This document shows positions 40,501 through 51,280 of a DNA stretch of 64,000 nucleotides, in pieces. Positions within the stretch are counted from its first letter, which is position 1; every line of letters begins with the position of its first letter. Made by a program: the position numbers and the translations under genes. Below the pieces are notes generated by a model. The model was not told the DNA's origin and made no database searches. It saw only the letters and a program-made list of their open reading frames with translations. Source of the DNA: Glycera tridactyla (taxonomy: Eukaryota). The stretch is from NCBI GenBank assembly GCA_965644265.1, contig OZ286465.1:22444001-22508000 (forward strand). Direction: 5' to 3'.

Positions 40501-41924
40501 AACAATATGCAAACATCACTGTTCTGGAGCGAAGTAGATAATCAAAGCATATCTTAAGAGAAACTAGAGATTGCTTGCAAGTCAAGAATTTACTTGCTCA
40601 AACAGAGAGGATTTTGTGGTCAAGTATACACATATGAGTACACCCATTCGCGAATACCTCATCATAAAATTAACAGATCGGATAGGAACGAATCATGAAA
40701 TTTCTTGAGCTTCGGTCCAAGAATGAGTATTCACCACCATCCATACATGCACAATCAGCCACTGTTACATGAGTGGCTGATACCATGACTCGGGATCCTA
40801 TTCAGCACAAACAAAATACTATAACTCATCAACAGAAACCATGCTAGATGCACAATGAAGCAAACGTCAGATCAAAACTAAAGGGCCAAAGTGTCAATTC
40901 CCGGACATCAATTCTTTTCCAATCATGGTGACAATGCCTGGAGTATCTTGGCAGGCATGCAATCATCTACCGACCACTGCATGCTTGACAAGAAGCATCA
41001 TTCACCACCAGGATTTGCAGAAAACAAGCGATGGCTAAGAATTCACTCTTAGGCCAACTAAAGGTGCATTGTCACTTGCTTTGCTCTCGGCCGTTTCTAC
41101 ACAGCATCAATGCTCCTAACAAGTCCACCTTGAATAGCAGAAATTTTTACGTGGTCCAACATCGACCAATATCAGTCATTTTCCTATCTCAGATCTGGTA
41201 ATGTCTGCTTCCTTTGGTTTGTGTATGAGACGGGCTGACCTCTTGCCCCCCGACTATGACTGCTCCAGCTTCTGTCAGACCAGGACGTCTCAAAGTTACG
41301 CACACAAACACGAAATTGAATACGAGTCAAAACAGCACGAAGCAAATCCAGCACATGCCACCGGTTAAGTGTTCATTGCAGATTCCTGTGATGTTTTCTT
41401 TCGCTCAATGATTTGAAGATCCAGTCCTGGCAAGTACATTTCGGGGTTTAACCCACATGATGGATTTGAAGGTCCGGGAGGTCCCCTGAGAGCTGCTTAA
41501 TCCCTGTCGATTCGAAACTGGCTAGCACCTTCTGACCAAGATGACCTGACATTGTTACATTATCACAAATGCCTGAAATATTTTCACGGTCAATGAACGA
41601 AGGAACACTAGCGATTATCTCGAAGCCATCTGATGAACCGGCACTTCCAATCTCTCGATTCCTACGGAAAATAATGGTGCTTGTCGACCTCTGAACCACC
41701 ACGAATGACCATGAAGACTGCAGCTTCCAGAAATGAAACAGACCTCCATATTGCACTTGTTTCTGTGTCTAGATTGGCACATGTCACTGGAGCAGGTTGC
41801 AAGCATTTTGTCACACTGGCACACATCCACGCAAGCAGATACATTGATGTAGACTCAACCACGAAAACAGCATCTGCTTCGGACACTCAATAATATCAAG
41901 GGGGGCCACAGAGTGGATGGTGTA
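37535..41924 (-). other. Candidate long 3'UTR (~4.4 kb) of the L1-family gene
   Basis: Non-coding sequence between the stop codon and an AATAAA followed by GT-rich sequence. An earlier AATAAA about 1.6 kb after the stop is an alternative end. The true end is not provable from sequence alone. Confidence 0.45.
37555..37560 (-). terminator. Candidate poly(A) signal AATAAA, unit IV
   Basis: Minus strand gtcAATAAAagatgtttg, followed by a GT-rich tract and a (GT)n repeat. Confidence 0.5.
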
Positions 41925-42147
41925 TTATACAAAAGTGGAGAGTGCAGACGGGGAGGCGGCATCGGGCTCTTTCTCTTCTTTCTTCGTCTTGCCGCCGTAC
42001 TGGCCAATAAAGGACCCGTCCTCGTTGAACTTACCCGGGTCCACCTCCGTGTCGTAATCGGCCATACTGTCTTCGTCGCTTCCGCCCATTGATCCCAGGC
42101 CACCACTCTCCACGGACCCTTGACTCTTCTTGAAGTCAGGCTCATCA
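41925..42147 (-). CDS. Nrg: L1-family gene terminal coding exon, gene-proximal copy (unit IV)
   Basis: Acceptor gtgttttcag|. Reads (T)DEPDFKKSQGSVESGGLGSMGGSDEDSMADYDTEVDPGKFNEDGSFIGQYGGKTKKEEKEPDAASPSALSTFV*, with the ankyrin-binding FNEDGSFIGQY motif and a class-I PDZ-type C-terminus. Confidence 0.95.
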
Positions 42148-42555
42148 CTGAAAACACATCAGAAACACCACACACATGAATATAAAGCATTTCCGAGGTC
42201 ATACTACCCAAAAAGCACCGCTGCATGAGAAAGGACCTGCAACTTGAAGGCCAGCTCCTCTTGAGTCATCAAATCTTCACATGGCGATCACTATTCGGTC
42301 TCTTATTCAATCCATGTTCTATCGGGCAGAGACCACGATCATGAAAAATAATCATGAGAAAGACAAGCAAAAGTAGCAACTAATTGGTTGGCTCTCTAAA
42401 CATGAAAAGTAATTTGACGTCATCATCATGTCTGGATGCTGTTCCAAACATCATTGTCGCAAGAGCTATTCCTCAGCTATCTCATCGGGTCCATGTTGTA
42501 CAGCTCATGAAGAAATGGGCATTCTTTCGATATCAACAGCAGAGGACAGTGTAAA

Positions 42556-42767
42556 TAGGCCTATTAGACTGGTCAGTTTCGTTGAGTACGGCCAGGCTAT
42601 TGAGCACTGTTCGTATTCAGGTGGCACCCAACACTTTTTCATTGCATACGAATCTCAACGGTAATTTGACTACGTTGAACTCGTTAAACAAAACCCATCC
42701 GGCTGGGTTACAACCGTTAAGTCCTGCAATGCCCACTCAACGGAAACTGTCCATTCAAATAGGCCTA
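42556..42767. mobile_element. MITE (family 1, intronic copy 'A'), ~33-bp imperfect TIRs, TA ends
   Basis: Left end taggcctattagactggtcagtttcgttgagt versus reverse complement of right end taggcctatttgaatggacagtttccgttgagt. Non-coding, 212 bp. Confidence 0.75.
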
Positions 42768-44204
42768 TTGACTGCTTCAATATGATGGAGCTACTCATTA
42801 TATTTTATATCTTTTCATGGTAAGTTGTATTCACTATACCACAGACTTCATATTGTCTACATTGGTGGTAGGACTGAACAGCCAAATACTGGAATGGAAT
42901 CTATATCTGCAACGTGCTCATATAAACGAAAAATTCAAGCTAGTCACACCTATAAGCGAGATTAAGGTTGAAAAAGAGAACTAGTACATCCGATTTCTCG
43001 TTAACTCTTCTTTAGTTTTGTGTACCACCAATTGGACTCATAATCATGATGTTCAACGATTGTGAATACCACAATGGTCAAGTGCAGAACACTCAATGGA
43101 GACTCTATACTATACAGAACTTGATGACTTTCATAAAGTCGTACATGAACAATGAACAGTTCAGGACAGGTTTGCAGAATTGTTAGTCTGCATGCAGAGG
43201 TATGACAGCTACACATACTACATATGGAACGGCATGCCGTGCACCACACAGACAGATCCTGCGAATATTATATCAACACTATATATTTTCTACCAGTACC
43301 ACACCACTTTCATAATATTTCCAGGAATAGCTTCTGCATCAAATTTTTGGAACTATGACTCAGGAATCAAAAGGTAATCAAATCTGACTCGGGGCAGGGC
43401 AATATTTGATATAAGATCACACTACATCAAATCAGTCATGAAAATTTTTCATATTCAGATTTGGTTGATCAACAAAATACACTGGCTTCTAAAGGATGCA
43501 ATCATATCTAATTGATACACTTTTGAAATGGCAATGCAAAGGGAGGTAGTTATTCATGATAGACCATTGGAAGTACGAATTACATTCTAAGATATGAATA
43601 CATTTCTTCTAATGGATTCGAGACCTCAATTGCCAGTGCGAGACCAAACATATAGTCTAGGTAGGAACAGGTATCTTGTATCCTGTTGTCGATTTCAGCC
43701 CTGATTTCTGAAATTCTGCGTAGGAGAGAGCCGTTTCTTCGACTGAGCCATCCAAACTTCATGAAAATTCTAGTGGACAATGCACCCTCCTAATCTACAG
43801 TATTGCCCCAATTACCGGGTCTAGGTACAAATATGTTCGCTCTTATTCAGGAATGAAACAATGGAACAAGTGTGGTTATGCTGTCAGTGCTGGTGATGCC
43901 CAGTGTTGAGTGGGTTGTTAGTTGAGTGAACATTGAGTAACCTGGGTGGAGTTATATGTGGTGCATAAGACATTATTTGTACCAGACTATAGATCATGAT
44001 GGCAAAACTCTTCTACTAGATTGCTCAAATATCACTGGAAGACGGTCATTTCTAATTGGAATAGTTCATACAACTACCACTAATATCAAAACAGAAACAC
44101 TCCTGCAGTTTTCAATTCCATGATTATCTTAATCCATGATACATATCCATCTCATACTGAAACTGCAAACAGGGATATGATTGGCAAACAACCCAAAACC
44201 CTGA

Positions 44205-44405
44205 AATTCTACCTGGGGCAATCATTTCCAAGAATTTATCAAGCCGGCCCCTATACCTGTCAACTAACAGGTGCTAGGACTCGGTTATATCTCCTGCAAA
44301 TTCTGTTCTCTATCTCCGCTAATTCTGGTCTGATTTCCATGATCTAAAAGTCAAAATAAGCAGCGAGAAACCTTCTCTTCTTTCATATGTATGGCCGGCT
44401 GCATT
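44205..44405 (+). repeat. Dispersed repeat, diverged copy 1 (pairs with 52272-52462)
   Basis: Shared core ctctatctcc...ctggtctgattt..atgatctaaaag.caaaata..cagc.gagaa. Confidence 0.6.
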
Positions 44406-46096
44406 TCTGATCAGGAACAGGTACATGGAAATCTGTGAACCTGCACGATAATCGCATCTCTGTTATCAAACTGTTGTGAGGGACATCAAACTTTTGTCTC
44501 TGATCCACACCGTCGGGGAATACATTATACAATTACTAATGCTATTTTATGTCCTAAATGCGGAATAAATCAGTCTCCGGGAGACAGATTTATAGTCTGC
44601 ATTGGTATCCGCAGATTTATCTATGGTCCATGTACATATTGTTGAATTTCTATTGCTTCCCCCCCCCCCCCATCTGTCAGTGACAGTCTGCCTGTCGGCC
44701 TTTCTGTCTGTTTGTCTGTCAGTGTTACCCAACTAATTTCACTAATTCTTCCAGTTCAGACTTCAGCAATCACGATGCATTCTTTGAATAGGTATACCAA
44801 GATGGCCCTACGGAAACTTAGGAGGAAATACCAGACTAGCAACATATCTCAAACTCAGTCCATTTCATCAATTTCAAGATTGATGGAATAGCTTAAATAA
44901 ATGATTGCAAAGACCACAAATCAGGATGAGCCATTTTGCACCTCGCTAAAACAACAATGAGTGCCATCGAAATTGACAAGACACTCCCCCCGACAACAAA
45001 TGAATTGCACCGGCGGGTGTGAAGTACTCTGTGGATGGAAACAAGAAAATGAAAGGGTTAACCATGCAAAACAAACACCCAAATATACAAGAGGGGGGGG
45101 GGGGGGGAGTCAAGAAAGGGGGATGAAGTCAGTAACAAACAAATATGGATGGAGTCTGCAAACACAGTTGTTAGTCAAGGGCTAGGGGATGGCTATATAC
45201 ATAGGTGACCACCAATGCTCTACCATCTGTAAAGGTCCCTGAGTTCACAGGCTCTTCTCTGACACATACCAAGGTCAAAGCGGGATATGATCATACTTTG
45301 TCAATTTCTTTGTTTGTAGTTTGATTGATGTTTCATGGCATGATCAAAAAAAAAGATTACCTATGCCATGTGTTCCTGATCAATACAAGTTTGATATGTC
45401 ATCACTCTCACAAACCCTGAATACTGGATGATGTGAAGCAGAAAGTTTGCAATGTAGAAGTATCCCATCTCGTGAGATACTTTCATGATCACTATTCAGG
45501 GAAATATGGTCCATTTTGTACCTGCTCTTTCTGAATTAAATCAAATACAAATAAAATTTCACCTTAGTGAGAATTTTACAGGATTTCCAACTTTAGATAA
45601 GCCAAAAATCATAATGATGTCATGTCCTAACAATACTGATGGACATATCAGTATTAGCAACGACCAAATAAGAACTAAAATTTATTATTTGATGTAACAG
45701 ATGCCAAAATTTTGACCGAAGTCATCGGTACTACAAAAATATAATAGTTAGCATCTCTGCAATTACATGATTGATTGGTGGCAAAAAAGCAAAAATATCT
45801 CTATGTTTAATAAAATCACCATAATTCACTTGGGATTAGTGCCTTAAAATGAGATATATTTATTCAATGATCATGGATTTTTGTATGATGTCTCTTATCC
45901 TTTCAAATAGCCACTATTGGGCATTGGCAGGCATGATCATGCATGCTAATGAGATGGATTGATCCAAAAGGACAGATCGTAGAGCAAGGCGTCATGTATG
46001 TATACAGCAGCTAAGGGGAACACACACACAAACAGTGATAAATACCAGTAACATCCGTCAAATCTAAGACCGGCAGTCACATATCGCAGAAAAAAG

Positions 46097-46262
46097 TATG
46101 GTGAAACCTGTGACAAGAGACCACCTCCAACAGGAGACCCCATCGTAAGGGCAGCCTTTCTAAGTGACAAGGTCAAATATACCTCCGACTAGAGACTGCT
46201 TCTTTGAAGAGACCGCTTTTTGGTGACATTTAGCGTGGTCTCTCATCGCAGAGTTTCCAGTA
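46097..46262. mobile_element. MITE family 2, opposite orientation to 61937-62117
   Basis: gtgaaacctgtgacaagagacc ... gagaccgctttttggtgacatttagcgtggtctctcatcgcagagtttccagta; the internal sequence is the reverse complement of the 61937 copy. Confidence 0.7.
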
Positions 46263-46639
46263 TCCCTGAACTCTTTGGAGTTAGATACAGCCATAGAATG
46301 ACTGTCCGATATTACCACTGAAGATATTTCTCCAAGTGATACGAATGCATCTTTGACTTTGAAACTTACAAAAAAAACTGCATCATGGGATCACAGTTAC
46401 ATGTTCATATACTCTTCAATATGAAATCTATGTGGCCGAGAAAAACGGTACAAATTTTTTTTTGAATATCAGAGGTCACGTCATGTTTTTAATGCACATA
46501 TTGGACTGGACAGGCTTGCCATGATAGGCCATCAAGCCGACCAGAATTGACTCCCATACATTTATGCCCAGTACAGCACAAAATCACGTGAGATGACATG
46601 GTTCTTCAGCAACCACCATTTTGTAAAGCAATAGCATCC

Positions 46640-46850
46640 TGATGGTTATTATCATTACTGACATTTCCATTATCATTATCCTGAATATGATAATCATTAT
46701 CATTTCCATCATTATCATCATTTTCTTCATTCATTGTGCCAATTGGGCAAAGCCGCGCACAAAGGACATGTCTCGAATTCTCGGTCATACTCCCCTGATG
46801 CTTTACGTCATTTCATTCATTATTATTATCATTATTATCATTATCAATGT
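46640..46850. repeat. (ATT/ATC)n low-complexity region
   Basis: Two degenerate attatc/attatt runs. Confidence 0.7.
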
Positions 46851-47928
46851 TTCATCACTCCAGCTGATGAGCAGAGATGCGTTCATATTTCACCAGATCT
46901 CGAAGCTCGTGGGATCATGTGACTGCCAGCTTTGACCTTGACCTAGGACACGTCAGTCATTTCTGCAGAGTCATCTAGTGGAGGAAGTCATCAACCCTAT
47001 CTAGAGAGGTGGTGGCAGATCAGCGGTAACTGGGCACTCTCCAAAAACACATCAAAAATAGGGGAGGAAAGGGGGCAAACAAAATGGTAAGTCAAATTTG
47101 AAATGAATATCGTTTTATTCCATCTATTCATATTCAAGTCAATATCTTTACTTTTCTCAGATGTTCTGATTCAAAATGCAATCTCATTGCAGCAGATGAT
47201 GCCATGATGTTGACATTCGCGGTCCATCATGACAATCAAGTAGCATGAGCATAAATGAAAATTCTATGTCTTCGAGACAGCTGCAAAGGGTTTCAGCAAT
47301 TCAAAGGTGTGACCATTGCAGCCTACATCAAAACGTACAGTCAAATCTGGAATCAATATCTGAGTCAAAATGTGATTTCACTCATAGTATGAGACCATGA
47401 TAATGACAGGATGTGTTGATTGTCATAACCAGGTAGCATGAGCATGAATAAAAATTCCATATTTTCCGAGGCTGCTGTGAATGGTTGTGACTCTTCTGCC
47501 ACAGATCCTGAGAATCTCACATCAGGAATTCCAATTTCAAGAGAAGCTCAACTCGTGAAATGAACCCCGAAACACACTGAAAACACACTCCATAAGGCAC
47601 TATAGGTGAGCCCGGAAGAATTCTCGAACCTATACTACTGTTATCTTCGACCGTAGAGAAATATGGTAAATATGACTTGCCAAGACACATGCAATGTGCA
47701 AGAAAGTCAAGGTTTGCCTACTAGTGAAGCCATCGATGCTCAGGTCATGCTGCCAGATACCAGAAGCCTTATCAGCGGGCCCACTCTCTCTCATGGGGAT
47801 AGATCAATTATAGCAACTCATGATCTTGATCATGCCAGAACCTGATCCAACACTCATTGATTGATCAATCAATCAATGAAGACAGATTGAGAGTGAGCGG
47901 GAAGGAAGGAATCAGTAGGATGAGAGAA

Positions 47929-48096
47929 GAGGAGGGGGAGGAAGGAGAGAGGGGTAGAGAGAGAGAGAGAAGGAGGGAGGGAGGGGATGGATGGATTGAG
48001 GGATATGGAGGGGAGATGTAAGTAGGGAAGAGGGAGGGAGGGAGAGACAGACAGACAGACTAAGAGATAGACACAGGGGGGGGGGGGGGGGGGGGC
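47929..48096. repeat. Polypurine tract (GA, GGGA, GACA repeats and poly-G)
   Basis: Directly visible low-complexity G/A-rich sequence. Confidence 0.85.
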
Positions 48097-48697
48097 AGAT
48101 TGGGAAATCAGAAGGCAACCTCTGACTCTCAGGTTCTGATACATAGATCCTGAGTTTCCATTACTTGATTTATCCCAATATCATGCCAGATAAGCGAGAG
48201 AATAATAGTAACATTTCAAATGGGTTTGACACTTTATAGAGGAGCAGACATGACAGCATAACCTCGAAGCAGAATAATCGAGAGTTTTCATAATTGCTTG
48301 AAACTTTGCCACCATAGATTGGCTGCAAATGATCTCCAACCTTGGTATTATATTCAGGCCACAGGAAAAAGTACGATTGTGACTCCTTGCTTGTCACTGG
48401 TACTGATGGAAGATAGAATGAAATTCAAAAACATCTTGGCTCCAGTCTGACTGAAAACTGTCCACTCGGAATAGGAATTTGATTTCTAGATCCCATATCT
48501 AGATGTGTGAATCCAATATCTAGATGTGTAAAACAGAAAACCCTCTCATCGTCTTGGGCCTGTTCACAGCCGTCTTGAGTGACAGGCTTGATTTTGATTG
48601 GTTTGAATTAGTAGGAGTTTTGGTACAAAACAACAGCAACCTCTACAAAATTGGTAGTCAAACTAAGGTCAAGCAAACAGGAGGAAATAAAAGCAAA

Positions 48698-48756
48698 CCA
48701 CCACCATCACTAACACCACCACCACCACCTCCACCAGAGCTGCCACCACCACCAGC
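48698..48756. repeat. (CCA)n trinucleotide repeat
   Basis: Interrupted CCA run. Confidence 0.8.
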
Positions 48757-50388
48757 AGGAAGGTAGGGACAACTGCTAGTTCAATCAAAAACAGGAGCAT
48801 GAGTTTTACCTCTTTAGTTCCATGTAGGGCCTAAAAACAAAGATGTACAAAAAATGTCAACAAAATTATGGTGACACAAAAACACAATGCAAACAAAATC
48901 AGCAGAGCAACGCGTTATCTCATTCAACAGCAGCATATTCAGCGCAAAAAAATGATATGACGCTAAATTTAATGCCTGAGTATACTATCCTGGGCTTCTT
49001 TTTCTGTGGGATATGAAGCTGAACAAGCTAGTCTGCAACATCTAAACACCACAGAAAGGTGACTTCAATAGCTCCAGCTCTAGCCATCCAGAAGAACTTT
49101 TGCTGCGGGATGACTTTTCAGTCCGCAGCAAGCAGGTAGGGACTTGGCCATTGGCTTATCCACTGTGCATTATTGTCCAATGAATCTTTCACAGCATAGC
49201 ATCTCAAAAAGTGCTCTTTGAGGATTGGTCAGCCACTTCATATCCAACAAAAAGTGTTCATGATTTCCAGACCAATTGTCCGGAGACAAAAAAATGTTGT
49301 ATGAAGCCAGGATCGTAAACTTAGGCTTTGAGGTAGTTGAGGGATGAAATAACTAGAATGGAAACTGAAGCAAGGCATTCTTGAATGGATTTGCTTCGTA
49401 TTTCACTTCAAATTGTGGACCATAAATATTTGATCTATATTTATAATCATGTTTGTGACATGATTGGTTGTTTACATTCATGGTTTTGAAATTAGCGAGC
49501 AGCTCGCACAGGTAGATGGAATCGGTGAATGGTGATCTATGCCAGGGCTATTCTATTTGAAAATGTGCGGGTGGCAGTTGACAGCCGATCCGAAATCTGG
49601 GGAGTTACCAACAGATTTAATCTGAGGGTGCTGCAAAAATCAGGATTCGGGGCTAGGAGGTTGATGTCAATCCATCACATTCAGAATTGGGGAAGGAGAT
49701 CATTGACCACTGTAATGCAAAGATTTCAACAGTTGGCTCGGTCGGTGAATGCAAATTCTGAATCAGGGGTGCCAAATAATTCAGGATATAGGGTAGGGGG
49801 TTAGAATTGTTCCAACCCTGACCCCTCCCTCCCCTCATATTGCTTGATGGAATAGTCCGTTATGAATCGCAGATCAATTCGGATCTCTTCCTGTAGTCTC
49901 ACCCATCGCATATCTATGAGAGGTCACAAAAATGTAAAACACTTCGTATTGTTCCGTGGTGTATAATGGGGAAAAAAATGGGCAATACTCCATTACTATA
50001 ACATGGAATCTGACAAAATTCGATAGAAAAATGGCAGGGAGTGCGAATACTAGAGGGCGATGTTACATCCAACAGAAGTGGTAACGATAGCTGCTGGAAA
50101 CAGTACGGGATTTTTATCGAAAGTCTATGCTTGGAAATCTACCAATCTAGTGAGAACCAAATTAGGAGTCAAGATTATGTGTGGAATTTGAGAAAAAGAA
50201 ATATGTGGGCAACTGATGATAAGAACTGAAATTCAAACGACTGTATATTTGGGAATGCACAATACACGGATGGGATGGTTATGATGGACACTTTGGTACG
50301 GTACGACAGCAAGGCCCATATTCAGCCAGACACAGGAACACTCATGCATACACAAGCATACATGCGCAGACACTTGCATGTACAAATG

Positions 50389-50526
50389 NNNNNNNNNNNN
50401 NNNNNNNNNNNNNNNNNNNNNNNNNNNNNNNNNNNNNNNNNNNNNNNNNNNNNNNNNNNNNNNNNNNNNNNNNNNNNNNNNNNNNNNNNNNNNNNNNNNN
50501 NNNNNNNNNNNNNNNNNNNNNNNNNN
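50389..50526. other. Assembly gap (138 N)
   Basis: Run of N; true size unknown. Confidence 0.99.
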
Positions 50527-50923
50527 TATGTTCTAAGTTCTAAGTTGTTGTATCTTCACCTAAATAGAAACCCCTCTCTCAAGCAAATGCATAAGAAGTT
50601 GAACTAGTGCTGGAAATTGTTCTCCTCAAATCAAATTGTCAATTGTATCGTAAAAATGAAAAAATGAAAATGCAGTCTGTGTAAGTAATGACACTCATGC
50701 TTTAATCGAAAACGTGGATAATGTAGTCATTTCATGAGTCAATTATGGATAATTAGTGTTGATTTCATACAGGATGTAACATGAATTATGATCATATCTA
50801 CCAACAACATCAAAATACACAAGGCAAAATTTTAGTCCACAATGAATCAGTGTATATTTCCATGGGAATTACACCATGCTAGCACACACTCGAACGAGGA
50901 GCGTCCTGGGTTAAATGCTTATT

Positions 50924-51280
50924 CATGCATACATGCATTCATCATACAATCAAAGGAGTAGCAAAGGGGGATCGAGCGATCTGCTCGAAAAATGGCGGTA
51001 TTAGACTGGATACATCATAAGAGTAGTTTGGGTATACAAAACATCTACCCGAATTACATCAGGTAGAGGAAAATCTACCCGATTCTAAATTAGCATGTGC
51101 TTGCGTTAAAACGAAGGCCGAGAATGTACTTACAATAGAGGCATATAACTGATGAATTCACGGTGCACAACAGTCAAGAAGAGCAGCGGCAATCAAAGGC
51201 AAACATAAAACAAAAACACAACATGCACACAGAGTAAGTTATGTCTCATCTAATAAGTGACATCTAGACAAGCTCATGCA
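50924..51280 (-). promoter_or_regulatory. Cluster of four TGCATG (Rbfox-type) intronic motifs around the candidate microexon
   Basis: Plus-strand catgca at 50924-50929, 50932-50937, 51222-51227 and 51275-51280, i.e. TGCATG in the pre-mRNA (two downstream and two upstream of 51134-51148). Confidence 0.5.
51134..51148 (-). CDS. Candidate 15-nt alternatively spliced microexon (adds T-Y-M-P-L-F junction)
   Basis: Minus strand: about 95 nt of AG-free T/TG-rich sequence ending catcag|TTATATGCCTCTATT|gtaagt. Length is 3n and compatible with phase 2-2. Four sense-strand TGCATG motifs lie nearby. No transcript evidence available. Confidence 0.55.

Larger units (their letters stand above)
30978..42555. 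repeat. Array unit IV (11578 bp, gene-proximal)
   Basis: Runs from the MITE start at 30978 to the MITE start at 42556; unique intron sequence follows. Confidence 0.92.
1..42557. repeat. Head-to-tail tandem array of an ~11.58-kb segment (about 3.7 copies visible, left end outside window)
   Basis: Sequence at position 1 (aatactgataatgaatttgag) recurs at 11615, 23196 and 34771, and the ORF track repeats with the same period. Near-identity to the other units ends at 42557/42558. Confidence 0.98.

Noticed and set aside
1-42557. Array as a simple false duplication of two haplotypes
   Set aside because: There are four distinguishable versions and a novel junction (MITE B plus its flank) seen three times, which two-haplotype duplication does not explain. 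Exact copy number still needs read support.
45361-45375. Another 15-nt AG...GT segment as a microexon
   Set aside because: Poor pyrimidine tract, nearby upstream AGs, weaker donor (gtaatc) and no flanking TGCATG cluster.
49903-49913. 11-nt segment with plausible acceptor and gtgaga donor
   Set aside because: Not a multiple of three; it would frameshift the conserved FIGQY exon.
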